A stretch of 59,811 nt of DNA from Nitrospinota bacterium (GTDB taxonomy: Bacteria > Nitrospinota > Nitrospinia > UBA9942), in contig JACQBS010000026.1 of assembly GCA_016194325.1 (NCBI GenBank), positions 1-59,811 of the forward strand, in the 5' to 3' direction. Both the position numbers and the translations under genes were made by a program. Numbering within the stretch: position 1 is the stretch's first letter; each line of letters opens with the position of its first letter. Below the pieces are notes generated by a model. It made no database searches. It was not told the origin of the DNA and was given only the letters and a program-made list of their open reading frames with translations. Positions 47,114 to 57,168 of the stretch are shown piece by piece.

Positions 47114-48097
47114 ATGAAAAGGCACTTTACTGATGAAAAACAATTTATACTTCTTCGTATGCTGGATGATTTCGCTCGCTCAAAAGGATTATCAATAAAT
47201 AACGAGAAAACCTTCTATAAGTTCATGGAGCATCTCTCGAAAACTGTCAAAAAACACCGTGACAAACCTACATTGGTTCATGGATTCCGTATTGAGTCAA
47301 TGTTTGCGCACATGGCAGCATCAATGGGAGAATGTAACATTATAACCGAAGAGGATTCTGGGTCTTTTTTTAGTTTAAATGATAATATTCGGCGTCCTGA
47401 TTTCCGTGTGCTTACCAGAGGCGGTGAGCAGTATTTTATTGAGGTTAAAAATTTTCATAAAGAAGACCCACTTGAACCATATAAAATAAAAAAAGATTAT
47501 CTATCTACTCTTAAAGAGTACGCCGAGCAGTTCGACACACCTCTAAAAGTTGCTATTTACTGGTCCCGATGGAAACTATGGGCATTGGTTGATTCAAGAT
47601 ATTTTAATAAAGATAATTCTGATTTCAATATTACTTTGTTTGACGCAATGAAACGAAATGAAATGGCTTTGTTAGGAGACCGCATGATAGGAACATTTCC
47701 GCCTCTATCATTTCGCATTTATGCTGATTCACAAAAGCCCCGAACAGTAGATGAAAATTGCCAAGTTCATTTCACCATTGGAAATGCCGTTATTTGTGCT
47801 GGTGGCAAAGAAATTACCGATGAATTAGAAAAAAAGCTTGCATGGGTTTTCATGCTTTATGGGGGGTGGGATAAAGTAAATCAGCCTGCAAAGACAGTTA
47901 ACGGTTTCCTTGATTATACAGAATTTTCTGTTGAACCTGAGGAATGGGATAGAAATCAGGGTTTTGCAATATTGGATTTTTTAAGTAAAATGATTAGCTC
48001 GCATTATAATTATTTAACATCTCCTGAAGGAAAAATCCGTCAGTTAGTGCCAAATCAGCAATATGAAGACATAACCAAAAAAGAAGCTATTACTTAG
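47114..48097 (+). CDS. Hypothetical protein with a PD-(D/E)xK nuclease-like motif
   Basis: 'RRPDFRVLTRGGEQYFIEVKNF' fits PD-x(10-20)-ExK; the rest is unrecognised. Confidence 0.6.
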   Translation: MKRHFTDEKQFILLRMLDDFARSKGLSINNEKTFYKFMEHLSKTVKKHRDKPTLVHGFRIESMFAHMAASMGECNIITEEDSGSFFSLNDNIRRPDFRVLTRGGEQYFIEVKNFHKEDPLEPYKIKKDYLSTLKEYAEQFDTPLKVAIYWSRWKLWALVDSRYFNKDNSDFNITLFDAMKRNEMALLGDRMIGTFPPLSFRIYADSQKPRTVDENCQVHFTIGNAVICAGGKEITDELEKKLAWVFMLYGGWDKVNQPAKTVNGFLDYTEFSVEPEEWDRNQGFAILDFLSKMISSHYNYLTSPEGKIRQLVPNQQYEDITKKEAIT

Positions 48098-48300
48098 CTG
48101 TATAATGACAATTAGTAAACTCACGGCATTTGAGCCGAGGTGTTGGTGTTAGCAACAATTGTAAATGAGATGATTCTATTTAAATTGTCTGCAATAGTTG
48201 ATAACAGAGTGGACGAGGTTAAAAACTGAATTTTACTTTATCAAACACCTTTGTTTTTTTATTTTCGGTATGCTATATTCAAACTAAATTATTTATCTTT

Positions 48301-49074
48301 ATGGGCAAGGTTATCTGTATAGCTAATCAAAAGGGGGGGGTAGGAAAAACCACTACTGCAATAAACCTATCTGTCTGTCTCGCTGTTGCGGAAAAAAAGG
48401 TTCTGCTTATAGATATAGACCCTCAGGGAAATGCCACAACGGGATTGGGCATCAGTAAAAATAATAATGTAAATATATATAATGCATTAATTGGCGATAA
48501 GCATATAGCCGAGGTGATTACAGGCAGCGGTATTGACAATCTGGACATCCTCCCCTCAAATATCGACCTCATAGGTGCAGAGATAGAACTGGTAAGTTTT
48601 GACCACAGGGAATCAAGGTTGAAGGATGTTCTAAAAGAGATAAGAGAGAATTATGATTTTATAATAATTGACTGCCCCCCATCTCTCGGGCTGCTTACAT
48701 TAAATTCATTAACAGCGGCAGGCTCGGTATTAATTCCACTCCAGTGCGAGTATTTTGCACTTGAGGGACTGAGCCAGCTTATGAATACAATAAGGCTTGT
48801 CAGAGACTCTTTAAATCCTGAACTATCTATAGAGGGGATATTATTTACCATGTTTGACAACAGGACTGCAATTGCATATCAGGTAATGGAGGAAGTAAAG
48901 GGGCATTTCAATGGAGAGGTTTTAAACACCATAATCCCAAGAAATGTCAGATTGAGTGAGGCACCAAGCCACGGCAAGCCTATTATCTTTTACGATTGCA
49001 AGTCAAAAGGGTCAGATGCCTATATTGACCTCGCAAAGGAGATAATTTTAAATGCAAAGAAGGGCACTGGGTAA
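48301..49074 (+). CDS. parA: Chromosome partitioning ATPase ParA/Soj
   Basis: 'NQKGGVGKTTT', 'DIDPQGNAT', 'DCPPSLGLLT', 'IPRNVRLSEAPSHG'. Confidence 0.97.
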   Translation: MGKVICIANQKGGVGKTTTAINLSVCLAVAEKKVLLIDIDPQGNATTGLGISKNNNVNIYNALIGDKHIAEVITGSGIDNLDILPSNIDLIGAEIELVSFDHRESRLKDVLKEIRENYDFIIIDCPPSLGLLTLNSLTAAGSVLIPLQCEYFALEGLSQLMNTIRLVRDSLNPELSIEGILFTMFDNRTAIAYQVMEEVKGHFNGEVLNTIIPRNVRLSEAPSHGKPIIFYDCKSKGSDAYIDLAKEIILNAKKGTG

Positions 49075-49888
49075 GGGGCTAAAGGCACTTATTCCGGTTA
49101 CAGATGAAAAGGTCGGCGGGGCTTTTGAAATAGCGGTGGAAGATGTTCGTCCCAACAGGTATCAGCCAAGAAAGATTTTTAATGATTTAAAACTCACCGA
49201 ATTAGTTAATTCCATTAGAGAAAAAGGTGTTGTCCAGCCAATAATTGTCCAGAAGTCAGACAGCGGTTATGAATTAATTGCCGGAGAGAGGCGGTGGAGG
49301 GCGGCGCAGAAGGCAGGGCTAAACAAAATCCCCGCCATTATAAAAGAGGTCAGCAGTGAAGAATCGCTGGAGCTTGCCCTTATTGAAAATATACAGAGGG
49401 AAAACTTAAACCCGATTGAAGAGGCGAGGGCATATCACAGACTATCGGATGAATTCTACCAAACTCAGGAGGACATAGCAAAGAAGGTAGGAAGGGACAG
49501 GTCATCTGTTGCAAATTTCCTCAGACTATTGAAGCTCCCGAAGGAGATTCAGGATAGCATCTCAAATGAAGAACTGACAATGGGGCATGCAAGGGCACTC
49601 CTCTCTTTAGATTCTGCTAAGGAACAAATCTCTCTTAAAGACAGGATTGTAAAGAGAAAGATGTCTGTCAGGGAGGTGGAATCTTATGTAAATAGAAGCA
49701 GGGAAATAAAAAAGGAGAGCAGTAAAAAAAAGGTAGATATTTTCAAAGACAGGCTTGAGGGGGAATTGCAAAGGTTCTTTGGGACTGAGGTTAAAATTCT
49801 TAAGGGGAGAAACAAAGGAAAAATTGAAATTATTTTTTATACTGATGAAGATTTGGAAAGGATAATAGAATTAATAAAAGGAGAGTGA
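49052..49888 (+). CDS. parB: Chromosome partitioning protein ParB/Spo0J
   Basis: 'RALGKGLKALI', 'PNRYQPR', 'IAGERRWRAA', 'ENIQRENLNPIEEA', HTH 'RSSVANFLRLL'. Confidence 0.97.
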   Translation: MQRRALGKGLKALIPVTDEKVGGAFEIAVEDVRPNRYQPRKIFNDLKLTELVNSIREKGVVQPIIVQKSDSGYELIAGERRWRAAQKAGLNKIPAIIKEVSSEESLELALIENIQRENLNPIEEARAYHRLSDEFYQTQEDIAKKVGRDRSSVANFLRLLKLPKEIQDSISNEELTMGHARALLSLDSAKEQISLKDRIVKRKMSVREVESYVNRSREIKKESSKKKVDIFKDRLEGELQRFFGTEVKILKGRNKGKIEIIFYTDEDLERIIELIKGE

Positions 49889-50307
49889 TTTTTATGAACA
49901 AGCCAGAGGTAAAAGAAGAGGTAAAGGCGTTTTTAGGAGAGGGGACGGAATTTAATGGGCTGCTCAGTTTTGAAGGGACTGTGAGGATTGATGGGAAATT
50001 TGAAGGGGAGGTTGTAAGTAAAGATACCCTGATATTGGGTGAGAGTGCGGTAATGAATGCTGAGGTATCAGTCGGCATAATTATCGTGAGAGGGAAGATT
50101 GCAGGAAATATAGTGGCAAGTAAAAAGATAGAAATCCGTGCAGAGGGAGAGGTTATAGGAAATATTAAAACACCCCTCCTTTTTGTTGAAGAAGGGGCGA
50201 TATTAGACGGCAAGTGTGAGATGATTAAAAAGGATAAAAAGGTAACTGTCCTTCCGATAAAAGAGAGTGTTGTCTCAGAACCGAAAATACCGGCAGTGGC
50301 ATCATAA
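49885..50307 (+). CDS. Bactofilin (polymer-forming cytoskeletal protein)
   Basis: 'FLGEGTEFNGLLSFEGTVRIDGKFEG...VEEGAILDGKC' beta-helix; start GTG 49885 or ATG 49894. Confidence 0.9.
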   Translation: MIFMNKPEVKEEVKAFLGEGTEFNGLLSFEGTVRIDGKFEGEVVSKDTLILGESAVMNAEVSVGIIIVRGKIAGNIVASKKIEIRAEGEVIGNIKTPLLFVEEGAILDGKCEMIKKDKKVTVLPIKESVVSEPKIPAVAS

Positions 50308-50309
50308 GA

Positions 50310-50735
50310 ATGTTTATACTTGATATTAAAAAACTAAAAGACTTATTCAAGGATTACCCCTATATTGCCTCAGCATATCTCTTTGGCTCTTATGTCTCGG
50401 GCAGGATAAGCCCTATGAGCGATGTGGATATAGCGGTATTATTAAAAGAGTCTTATCCAAAGGGGAGATACCTGATACATCAGATGGATTATCTTGCTGT
50501 TAAAATAGAGGAAGTCCTGAAAAAAGAGGTTGATCTTGTAGAAATGAACAGGCAGGGGCTTATCTTTCAGTATAATGTATTAAGAACAGGGAAACTGATT
50601 TACGATGCAGACCCCTCATTCAGAGTCAACTATGTGAGCCGTCTAATCTCCACATATTGTGATTTTGAGCCGACACTAAGATTTATGAATAACTATTACT
50701 TTGACGGCTACAGGAGGAGACTTGCAAGACTATGA
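50310..50735 (+). CDS. MntA-type minimal nucleotidyltransferase antitoxin
   Basis: 'YLFGSYVSGRISPMSDVDIAV' GSx10DxD motif and 'VDLVEMN'. Confidence 0.88.
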   Translation: MFILDIKKLKDLFKDYPYIASAYLFGSYVSGRISPMSDVDIAVLLKESYPKGRYLIHQMDYLAVKIEEVLKKEVDLVEMNRQGLIFQYNVLRTGKLIYDADPSFRVNYVSRLISTYCDFEPTLRFMNNYYFDGYRRRLARL

Positions 50736-51154
50736 AGAAAGAAGATATTCAGACAAAGATTGATGTCATATTTAATAACCTTGAGAAACTAAAAATTTTC
50801 TCCTCAAAGAGCTATGAAGATTTTATCTCTGACTTTAGGAATATAGACTCCGCCCTTTATAGATTGCAGACCTCGATACAGGCACTTCTTGATATTGGCA
50901 GCTATATTATCGCCTCTCTCGGTTTAAGAACTCCAAATACGAATGCAGAAATTATAGATATATTAAACGAGGCAGGATATATTCCCAAAGACAAAATAGA
51001 AAAATATAAAAAGATGAGCCAGTGCAGAAACAGAATAGTGCATCTTTATAATCACATAGATACAGAGATGCTTTACGATATTCTGATGAATGAATTGGAT
51101 GATATAAAAGAATTTTACGCAAGCCTGCTAAATATTATTGAGCAGCATGAATAA
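50732..51154 (+). CDS. HepT/DUF86 HEPN toxin
   Basis: 'LQTSIQALLDIG' and RNxxxHxY motif 'RNRIVHLY'. Confidence 0.88.
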   Translation: MKKEDIQTKIDVIFNNLEKLKIFSSKSYEDFISDFRNIDSALYRLQTSIQALLDIGSYIIASLGLRTPNTNAEIIDILNEAGYIPKDKIEKYKKMSQCRNRIVHLYNHIDTEMLYDILMNELDDIKEFYASLLNIIEQHE

Positions 51155-51210
51155 GGTGTGAGCAGTTTGAGAATAATCCTGATAATCTGAGTCCATCTGC
51201 GTCCTAAATT

Positions 51211-51765
51211 TCAGGATAAGGGTTTTAAATCCCTTGCCCTTTCAAAACCTATCTGGAGCGCCTTTTTATTTAATTCGAGGAATGCAGGGGGAACCCTTGA
51301 CAGGACTGCCTTTTCGATAGCATCGTGAGACACAATTTTGGTTAATTCTACAATCATGCCGAGGGAGATGATGTTTGCAACTATTATCTTTCCGAGCTCA
51401 TCTCTGGCAACAGTTGATATTGGAAAACTGTATACTTTATAGTCTCCCTTTGGAATATTTTTTACCTCTGTTGAATCAATGAGCAGGACACCATCTTTTT
51501 TAATATCCTTATTATATTTATTGCATGCCTCCTGTGTCATGGCAAGCATTGCATCAATACTCGTTGCCTTTGGATAATCTATCTCCTCATCACTTATTAT
51601 AACCTCACTCCTTGAGGCGCCTCCCCTTGACTCAGGGCCATAAGACTGGCTCTGGGATGCCATTTTACCATCATAGATAGAGGCAGCTTCTGCTATAATA
51701 ATACCTGCCAAAATCATCCCCTGCCCGCCTGAGCCGCTGAATCTCATCTCATATCTGTAACCCAT
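51211..51765 (-). CDS. korC: 2-oxoglutarate:ferredoxin oxidoreductase gamma subunit
   Basis: 'SGSGGQGMILAG', 'QSYGPESRGGAS'. Confidence 0.88.
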   Translation of the reverse strand: MGYRYEMRFSGSGGQGMILAGIIIAEAASIYDGKMASQSQSYGPESRGGASRSEVIISDEEIDYPKATSIDAMLAMTQEACNKYNKDIKKDGVLLIDSTEVKNIPKGDYKVYSFPISTVARDELGKIIVANIISLGMIVELTKIVSHDAIEKAVLSRVPPAFLELNKKALQIGFERARDLKPLS

Positions 51766-51789
51766 ACTCCCTCCCCTTTTTTATCATAA

Positions 51790-51842
51790 AGGTTAAGGTC
51801 AAGGTTAAGAAAGCACTAAATCTCAACCTAAGCCTGAACCTT
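51790..51842. repeat. AGGTT(A/G)-hexamer inverted-repeat element
   Basis: AGGTTAAGGTCAAGGTTAAG ... CTCAACCTAAGCCTGAACCT between korB and korC. Confidence 0.75.
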
Positions 51843-51847
51843 TATTT

Positions 51848-52717
51848 TTACTTTGGTTTGCTTCCTCCTGCCTTTTCCACAAGTTTAGCATACTCGGCAG
51901 TATATTCTGGTCTCTCCTTATTATATAAGACACCTCTTAATAGCTTTCCTTCAAGCTTCTCCAGCGGGAGGCTGTCTGCCTGTTTAACAGATACAGTCCC
52001 CTCCTTCTCTATCTTTTCCATCATATCTGCCGCAGATTTGTATTTATTGAATCTGCCATAGTATGTTGGGCAGGAGTCAAGTATATCTATAACGGCAGTC
52101 CCTTTGTGCATAATTGCCTCATAAAGAATCTTCTCAAGCTCGCCGTAATGGTATGCAGTCCCCCTTGCAACAAATGTAGCACCGGCAGCCTCAGCCATCT
52201 TGCAGACATCAAAAGGAGGGTCAATATTCCCATAACGGCTTGTTGTTGCTATCATCCCCGGTAAAGTGGTCGGCGAGAACTGGCCGCTTGTCATACCGTA
52301 TATAAAGTTATTATAAACCATGATGACTATATCAAGATTTCGCCTGCAGGTATGAATGAAGTGGTTCCCTCCGATTGCAAGTGCATCTCCATCCCCTGTT
52401 GTAACAATAACTTTTAGGTTAGGCTTTGCCATCTTAAGCCCTGTTGCAAAGGCAAGCGCCCTCCCATGCAAGGTATGAAGGGTATTGAAATTTACATAGC
52501 CAGGTGTCCTGCTTGAGCATCCTATTCCTGAGACCAATGCAAAATCATCATTGGGACGGCCAGTTGTTGCAATTGCCCTCAAAAGGGATTTTAAAACTAT
52601 GCCGTGCCCGCATCCAGGACACCATATATGAGGAAGCTTTCCCTTCCTTATATAATTTGAATAATCAAATGGCACCGGTTTTTCTTTCTTTTTCTTTTTT
52701 ACTGCTACTGTTTCCAT
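51848..52717 (-). CDS. korB: 2-oxoglutarate:ferredoxin oxidoreductase beta subunit
   Basis: 'WCPGCG', 'SGIGCSSR', 'LHGRAL', 'GDGD', 'YGMTSGQFSPTT'. Confidence 0.9.
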   Translation of the reverse strand: METVAVKKKKKEKPVPFDYSNYIRKGKLPHIWCPGCGHGIVLKSLLRAIATTGRPNDDFALVSGIGCSSRTPGYVNFNTLHTLHGRALAFATGLKMAKPNLKVIVTTGDGDALAIGGNHFIHTCRRNLDIVIMVYNNFIYGMTSGQFSPTTLPGMIATTSRYGNIDPPFDVCKMAEAAGATFVARGTAYHYGELEKILYEAIMHKGTAVIDILDSCPTYYGRFNKYKSAADMMEKIEKEGTVSVKQADSLPLEKLEGKLLRGVLYNKERPEYTAEYAKLVEKAGGSKPK

Positions 52718-52729
52718 ATTAGCCTCCAT

Positions 52730-53866
52730 TTATGTAAACTTTTTTATCTCTTCTATAATCTGATTTGGATGTATTGCCTCTGTGTCCACCTTAAAGATTC
52801 CCTTTACTTCACACTGCCCCTTTGATGCCCTCTCTACTTCATAATAGACCTGTCCAAGATTCATTTCAGGGACAAGAATTGCCTTTACCTGTTTTGCTAA
52901 TTTATTGACTGCCTTATCAGGAAAGGGCCATATAGTTTTTGGCCTCAGAAGCCCCGCCTTTACCCCTTTTTTCCTCATCTCTTTTACTGCAAACTTTGCC
53001 GATTTTGAGGATACGCCATAGGCAACTACACCTATCTCTGCATCATCAGTGTAGAACTCTTCATTTGCACATATCTTATCTGCATTCTTATTTATCTTAT
53101 TTACAATCCTCTCGTTAGCCTCGCCTATAAGCTTTGTATTATTTGTCGGGAAGCCGTCCTCTGCATGGTATAAGCCTGTTACATGAAATTTATAACCCTC
53201 ACCGTATGCAGCAAGCGGCGCAATACTGCCATTACTCTGTGCATAGGGTTTATACTCCTCAGGCTTGCATGTCGGCTTCTTCCTCTCTATAACCTCTATC
53301 TCACCCGGTTCAGGGAGTGCAATTGCCTCTCTCATATGCCCTATAATTTCATCATATAGGACAATAACTGGCGTCCTATATGTTTCAGCAAGATTAAATG
53401 CCCTTACTGTTTCGTAAAAAATCTCCTGAACTGTTGCAGGTGTTAAGACCACCGACGGATGGTCGCCATGTGTCCCCCACTTTGCCTGCATAACATCAGA
53501 CTGGCTCGGTCCTGTCGGGAAACCGGTAGAGGGTCCACTTCTCATTACATTAACAATCACACATGGGATCTCTGCTATACAGGCAAAACCGAGCCCCTCC
53601 TGCATCAGGGAAAAACCAGGACCGCTTGTAGCTGTCAATGACTTTGCCCCGCCAAGCGAGGCACCGATGATAGCACAGACTGAGGCAATCTCATCCTCCA
53701 TCTGCATAAAGACCCCGCCTATCTTTGGAAGCCTTACGGAAAGCATCTCCGCAACCTCTGTTGAAGGAGTTATAGGATAACCAGCATAGAACATGCAGCC
53801 TGCATATAATGCACCCTCACTGCATGCCTCATTACCCTGCATAAATTTTTTCTTTTTATCAGCCAT
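52730..53866 (-). CDS. korA: 2-oxoglutarate:ferredoxin oxidoreductase alpha subunit
   Basis: 'GYPITPSTE', 'QMEDEIAS', 'TSGPGFSLM', 'MRSGPSTG'. Confidence 0.9.
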   Translation of the reverse strand: MADKKKKFMQGNEACSEGALYAGCMFYAGYPITPSTEVAEMLSVRLPKIGGVFMQMEDEIASVCAIIGASLGGAKSLTATSGPGFSLMQEGLGFACIAEIPCVIVNVMRSGPSTGFPTGPSQSDVMQAKWGTHGDHPSVVLTPATVQEIFYETVRAFNLAETYRTPVIVLYDEIIGHMREAIALPEPGEIEVIERKKPTCKPEEYKPYAQSNGSIAPLAAYGEGYKFHVTGLYHAEDGFPTNNTKLIGEANERIVNKINKNADKICANEEFYTDDAEIGVVAYGVSSKSAKFAVKEMRKKGVKAGLLRPKTIWPFPDKAVNKLAKQVKAILVPEMNLGQVYYEVERASKGQCEVKGIFKVDTEAIHPNQIIEEIKKFT

Positions 53867-53888
53867 AATTACCTCCAAAAATTAGTTC

Positions 53889-53950
53889 CAAGTTGCAGGT
53901 TTCAAGTTTCAAACTTTACAACTTGTATCTTGCATCTTGCAACTTGCATC
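53889..53950. repeat. CAAG(T)T/CTTG-heptamer inverted-repeat element
   Basis: CAAGTTGCAGGTTTCAAGTTTCAA ... CTTGTATCTTGCATCTTGCAACTTGCATC between korD and korA. Confidence 0.65.
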
Positions 53951-54157
53951 TCAGAACACTTGTATTGCAAAATCAGGACATCTTAAATCACATAACTGAC
54001 AGCGAGTGCATGCCTCAAGATTTTTTACTGTCATCATATTCCCTTTAAGCTCAAGAACTTCAGTGGGGCAAAAGACTGCACATATATCACATCCTTTACA
54101 AAGCTCTTCATATATTAAAATTCTTGGTAAATCCTTTTCTGTCTCTGTAGTAGTCAA
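53951..54157 (-). CDS. korD: 2x[4Fe-4S] ferredoxin, oxidoreductase delta subunit
   Basis: 'CKGCDICAVFCP' and 'CTRCQLCDLRCPDFAI'. Confidence 0.9.
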   Translation of the reverse strand: MTTTETEKDLPRILIYEELCKGCDICAVFCPTEVLELKGNMMTVKNLEACTRCQLCDLRCPDFAIQVF

Positions 54158-54175
54158 TTAATATCCCTCCTCTCG

Positions 54176-55054
54176 CTACTTTTTCTTCTTTAAACCTTCT
54201 ACAACTGTTTTTCCAATATCAGCTGGGCTATTGCAGACCTTAATACCTGCCCTTTTCATTGCCTCCATCTTTTCTGCTGCAGTCCCTTTACCTCCTGATA
54301 TTATAGCGCCTGCATGACCCATTCTCTTGCCCTTTGGCGCTGTAACCCCTGCTATATAGCCTATTACAGGCTTTTTCATTTTGTTTTTTACAAAATCGGC
54401 AGCCTCCTCTTCTGCTGTTCCGCCTATCTCACCTATCATAACTACTGCCTCTGTTTTCTTGTCTTTTGCAAACATCTCAAGGACATCAACAAAATTTGTC
54501 CCATTTACAGGGTCTCCACCAATACCGACACAGGTGGACTGCCCAAGATCGAGCCTTGTCAACTGGTCAACTGCCTCATAGGTCAATGTCCCGCTTCTTG
54601 ATACAACACCGATTCTACCTGCTTTATGAATATGTCCGGGCATAATACCAATTTTACATTCTTCAGGTGTTATCACCCCAGGACAATTTGGCCCAATTAG
54701 TCTTGATTTCTTTCCACCCATAAACCTTTTAACTTTAACCATATCAAGAACAGGTATCCCCTCTGTTATACAGATTACCAGTTCTACTCCTGCATCCACT
54801 GCCTCCATTATTGCATCACCTGCAAAGGCTGCGGGCACATATATTACAGATGCATTTGCATCTGTCTTTTTAACCGCCTCATCAACCGTATCAAATACAG
54901 GGATGCCGTCAACATTTGTGCCGCCCTTTCCCGGTGTAACACCGCCAACCATCTTTGTGCCATAAGCAACCATCTGTCTTGTATGGAATGTCCCCTGCTC
55001 TCCTGTAATCCCCTGACATATAACCTTTGTTTTTTTATTAACAAGAATGCTCAT
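54176..55054 (-). CDS. sucD: Succinyl-CoA synthetase alpha subunit
   Basis: 'QGITG', 'CITEGIP', 'IGPNCPG', 'SRSGTLTYE', 'RMGHAGA' (phospho-His); start ATG 55054. Confidence 0.97.
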   Translation of the reverse strand: MSILVNKKTKVICQGITGEQGTFHTRQMVAYGTKMVGGVTPGKGGTNVDGIPVFDTVDEAVKKTDANASVIYVPAAFAGDAIMEAVDAGVELVICITEGIPVLDMVKVKRFMGGKKSRLIGPNCPGVITPEECKIGIMPGHIHKAGRIGVVSRSGTLTYEAVDQLTRLDLGQSTCVGIGGDPVNGTNFVDVLEMFAKDKKTEAVVMIGEIGGTAEEEAADFVKNKMKKPVIGYIAGVTAPKGKRMGHAGAIISGGKGTAAEKMEAMKRAGIKVCNSPADIGKTVVEGLKKKK

Positions 55055-55350
55055 GAATCCTCCACTTTTCTCATCTCCCAAATAGTCCCTTTTTTTGAAG
55101 GGCAATGTATTCTATAAACTTTTCTATCATCCGATTCCCACGAGGGGAAATCCAAAGCTGCCCTCCATGTATACAAATCCAGAACATGCAATAAAGCATT
55201 GCAAACATTTTGCGGTTTTTCATAAGGCGAATTATAAAGATATTTCTCTCCCATTTCATGTTTGCACTTTCCTGTTTTCTCAATCATTTTTATCTCGATT
55301 TTCAATTCCTTCCATAAATTCTTATATTCCTCATCAGACAAATTATTCAT
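55051..55350 (-). CDS. Small Cys-containing hypothetical protein (TIGR04076-like)
   Basis: Conserved-looking 'GKC', 'VC', 'FPSW', 'HCP'; its stop overlaps the sucD start (ATGA). Confidence 0.55.
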   Translation of the reverse strand: MNNLSDEEYKNLWKELKIEIKMIEKTGKCKHEMGEKYLYNSPYEKPQNVCNALLHVLDLYTWRAALDFPSWESDDRKVYRIHCPSKKGTIWEMRKVEDS

Positions 55351-55411
55351 ATCATTTTTTAATCCAAAAGTAATTCATAACACATTTGTGAGTTACAGAT
55401 TTACAACGATC

Positions 55412-55621
55412 TTATGCTCCTGCAAGCTCATACTTTACAGGCAATAGTCTCTCTAATAATACATGTTTTGAAGCATCGAGAATCTCTATTCCAATAATTC
55501 TATCACCTTCACCTATATCAAGCACAATATCTTCAGCAACTCGCCTGTTTATGACATCCTGCTTCCTATCATCCAATCTAATATAGAGAAGGTCTGTTTT
55601 GTCATTGTAAACAATATTCAT
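55412..55621 (-). CDS. DUF2283-family protein (putative antitoxin)
   Basis: 'YNDKTDLLYIRL...DIVLDI...IIGIEILDASK'. Confidence 0.85.
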   Translation of the reverse strand: MNIVYNDKTDLLYIRLDDRKQDVINRRVAEDIVLDIGEGDRIIGIEILDASKHVLLERLLPVKYELAGA

Positions 55622-55885
55622 TTATTCCTCCCATCTTCCATAAAATACATAGACCGTAATGGTTATGATTTTATCTCTTTCAATAGTATAAAACACCTCA
55701 ACCCTTTTCTGCTCATAATATTTATTAAGGCGTTTTTGTTTATAGTCATACACTTTGGCTTTACCTATGTGTCCATACTTGGCAGGAATAGAAGACCCTG
55801 TCTGAATCACCTCTTTAATTTCATGTTCATTCGTGCCCCGTTCTTCTGCACGCTCCAATGTATGAGGATCTATCTGGATATCCAT
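55622..55885 (-). CDS. DUF4258-family protein (putative RelE-like toxin)
   Basis: 'HTLERAEERG...EIKEVI..G...IITITVY'; the usual partner of DUF2283. Confidence 0.75.
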   Translation of the reverse strand: MDIQIDPHTLERAEERGTNEHEIKEVIQTGSSIPAKYGHIGKAKVYDYKQKRLNKYYEQKRVEVFYTIERDKIITITVYVFYGRWEE

Positions 55886-55942
55886 TTAAAGCCTTTATCC
55901 CTATTATTGCCTCTCAATTTGCCCCCTTTTCTTTAATCTTAA

Positions 55943-57109
55943 TTATCTTGTCGCCTTTACTACCTTCTCTCCAGCCTCATCCATCTTCTCTGCAGTAATA
56001 ATATTTAAACCTGATTCAGATAAAATCTTTCTTCCCAACTCAACATTTGTCCCCTGAAGCCTGACAACAAGAGGAACTTTTATTCCAACCTCTTTAACAG
56101 CGGCAATAACACCCTCTGCAATAATATCGCATCTCATAATACCGCCGAAGATGTTTATCAAAACTGCCTTAACCTTAGAATCGGACATCAAAATCTTGAA
56201 GGCTGCAGTAACCTGTTCCTTATTTGCACCGCCGCCTACATCAAGGAAGTTTGCAGGCATGCCTCCGTATAGTTTTATAATATCCATTGTTGCCATGGCA
56301 AGCCCTGCACCATTCACCATACAGCCGATATTACCATCAAGGGCGACATAATTCAAACTATGCCTTGACGCCTCTATCTCCTTTGTGTCCTCTTCATCCA
56401 AATCACGCATATCATGGACTTCCTTATGCCTGAAAAGTCCATTATCATCAAAGCCCATCTTTGCATCAAGTGCAAGGATATTCCCATCCTTTGTTATAAC
56501 AAGAGGGTTTATCTCAGCCATTGCCGCATCAGTTTCTGTGAATGCTTTATAAAGCCCATCCATAAATTTCACAGTCTTATTAACAAGTGATTTATCAATT
56601 CCGAGACCGAAGGCGAGTTTCCTTGACTGGAACGGTATCAAGCCTACTGCAGGGTCAACATATTCCTTTAAAATCTTCTCAGGGTTTTTTGCAGCAACCT
56701 CTTCTATCTCAACACCACCCTCTGAAGATGCCATCACAACAACACGCTGTGCTGCCCTGTCAACAACCATTCCAAGATATAGCTCCCTATTAATCTGGCA
56801 CCCTTCTTCTATCAAAACCTTTTTTACCTCTTTTCCTTCAGGTCCAGTCTGATGGGTTATGAGTTTTTTGCCGAGCATTCCTTCCGCATACTGTCTTGCC
56901 TCTGAATGGCTCCTTGCAAGCTTAACCCCACCTGCCTTACCCCTTCCGCCTGCATGTATCTGTGCCTTGACAACACAGACACTATTGTTTTTCAAAATAC
57001 CCTTTGCAGTCTCCTCCGCTTCATCGGCGGTAAATGCAACTCTCCCCTTCGGCACAGGAACACCATATTTTGAAAGCAACTCTTTAGCCTGATACTCGTG
57101 GATATTCAC
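55943..57109 (-). CDS. sucC: Succinyl-CoA synthetase beta subunit
   Basis: 'MNIHEYQAK', '[16 protein letters not shown]', '[11 protein letters not shown]', '[10 protein letters not shown]', 'VRLQGTN'; GTG start. Confidence 0.97.
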   Translation of the reverse strand: MNIHEYQAKELLSKYGVPVPKGRVAFTADEAEETAKGILKNNSVCVVKAQIHAGGRGKAGGVKLARSHSEARQYAEGMLGKKLITHQTGPEGKEVKKVLIEEGCQINRELYLGMVVDRAAQRVVVMASSEGGVEIEEVAAKNPEKILKEYVDPAVGLIPFQSRKLAFGLGIDKSLVNKTVKFMDGLYKAFTETDAAMAEINPLVITKDGNILALDAKMGFDDNGLFRHKEVHDMRDLDEEDTKEIEASRHSLNYVALDGNIGCMVNGAGLAMATMDIIKLYGGMPANFLDVGGGANKEQVTAAFKILMSDSKVKAVLINIFGGIMRCDIIAEGVIAAVKEVGIKVPLVVRLQGTNVELGRKILSESGLNIITAEKMDEAGEKVVKATR

Positions 57110-57168
57110 CCTGTTAGACCTCCTTATAAAAAATTAAAAGTATTATTTTAACTATAGACTCAATATTT

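Noticed and set aside
47026-48230. Integron cassette (attC) boundaries around the 327-aa ORF
   Set aside because: Only isolated GCCCAAC and GTTAG-like words; no convincing paired R/L boxes.
46013-48300. Genomic island integrated at tmRNA
   Set aside because: The accessory genes lie on the 5' side of the minus-strand ssrA. The 3' side runs straight into ligA, with no integrase and no duplicated 3' end.
48230-50310. parS sites near parAB
   Set aside because: No match to the TGTTTCACGTGAAACA-type palindrome was noticed.
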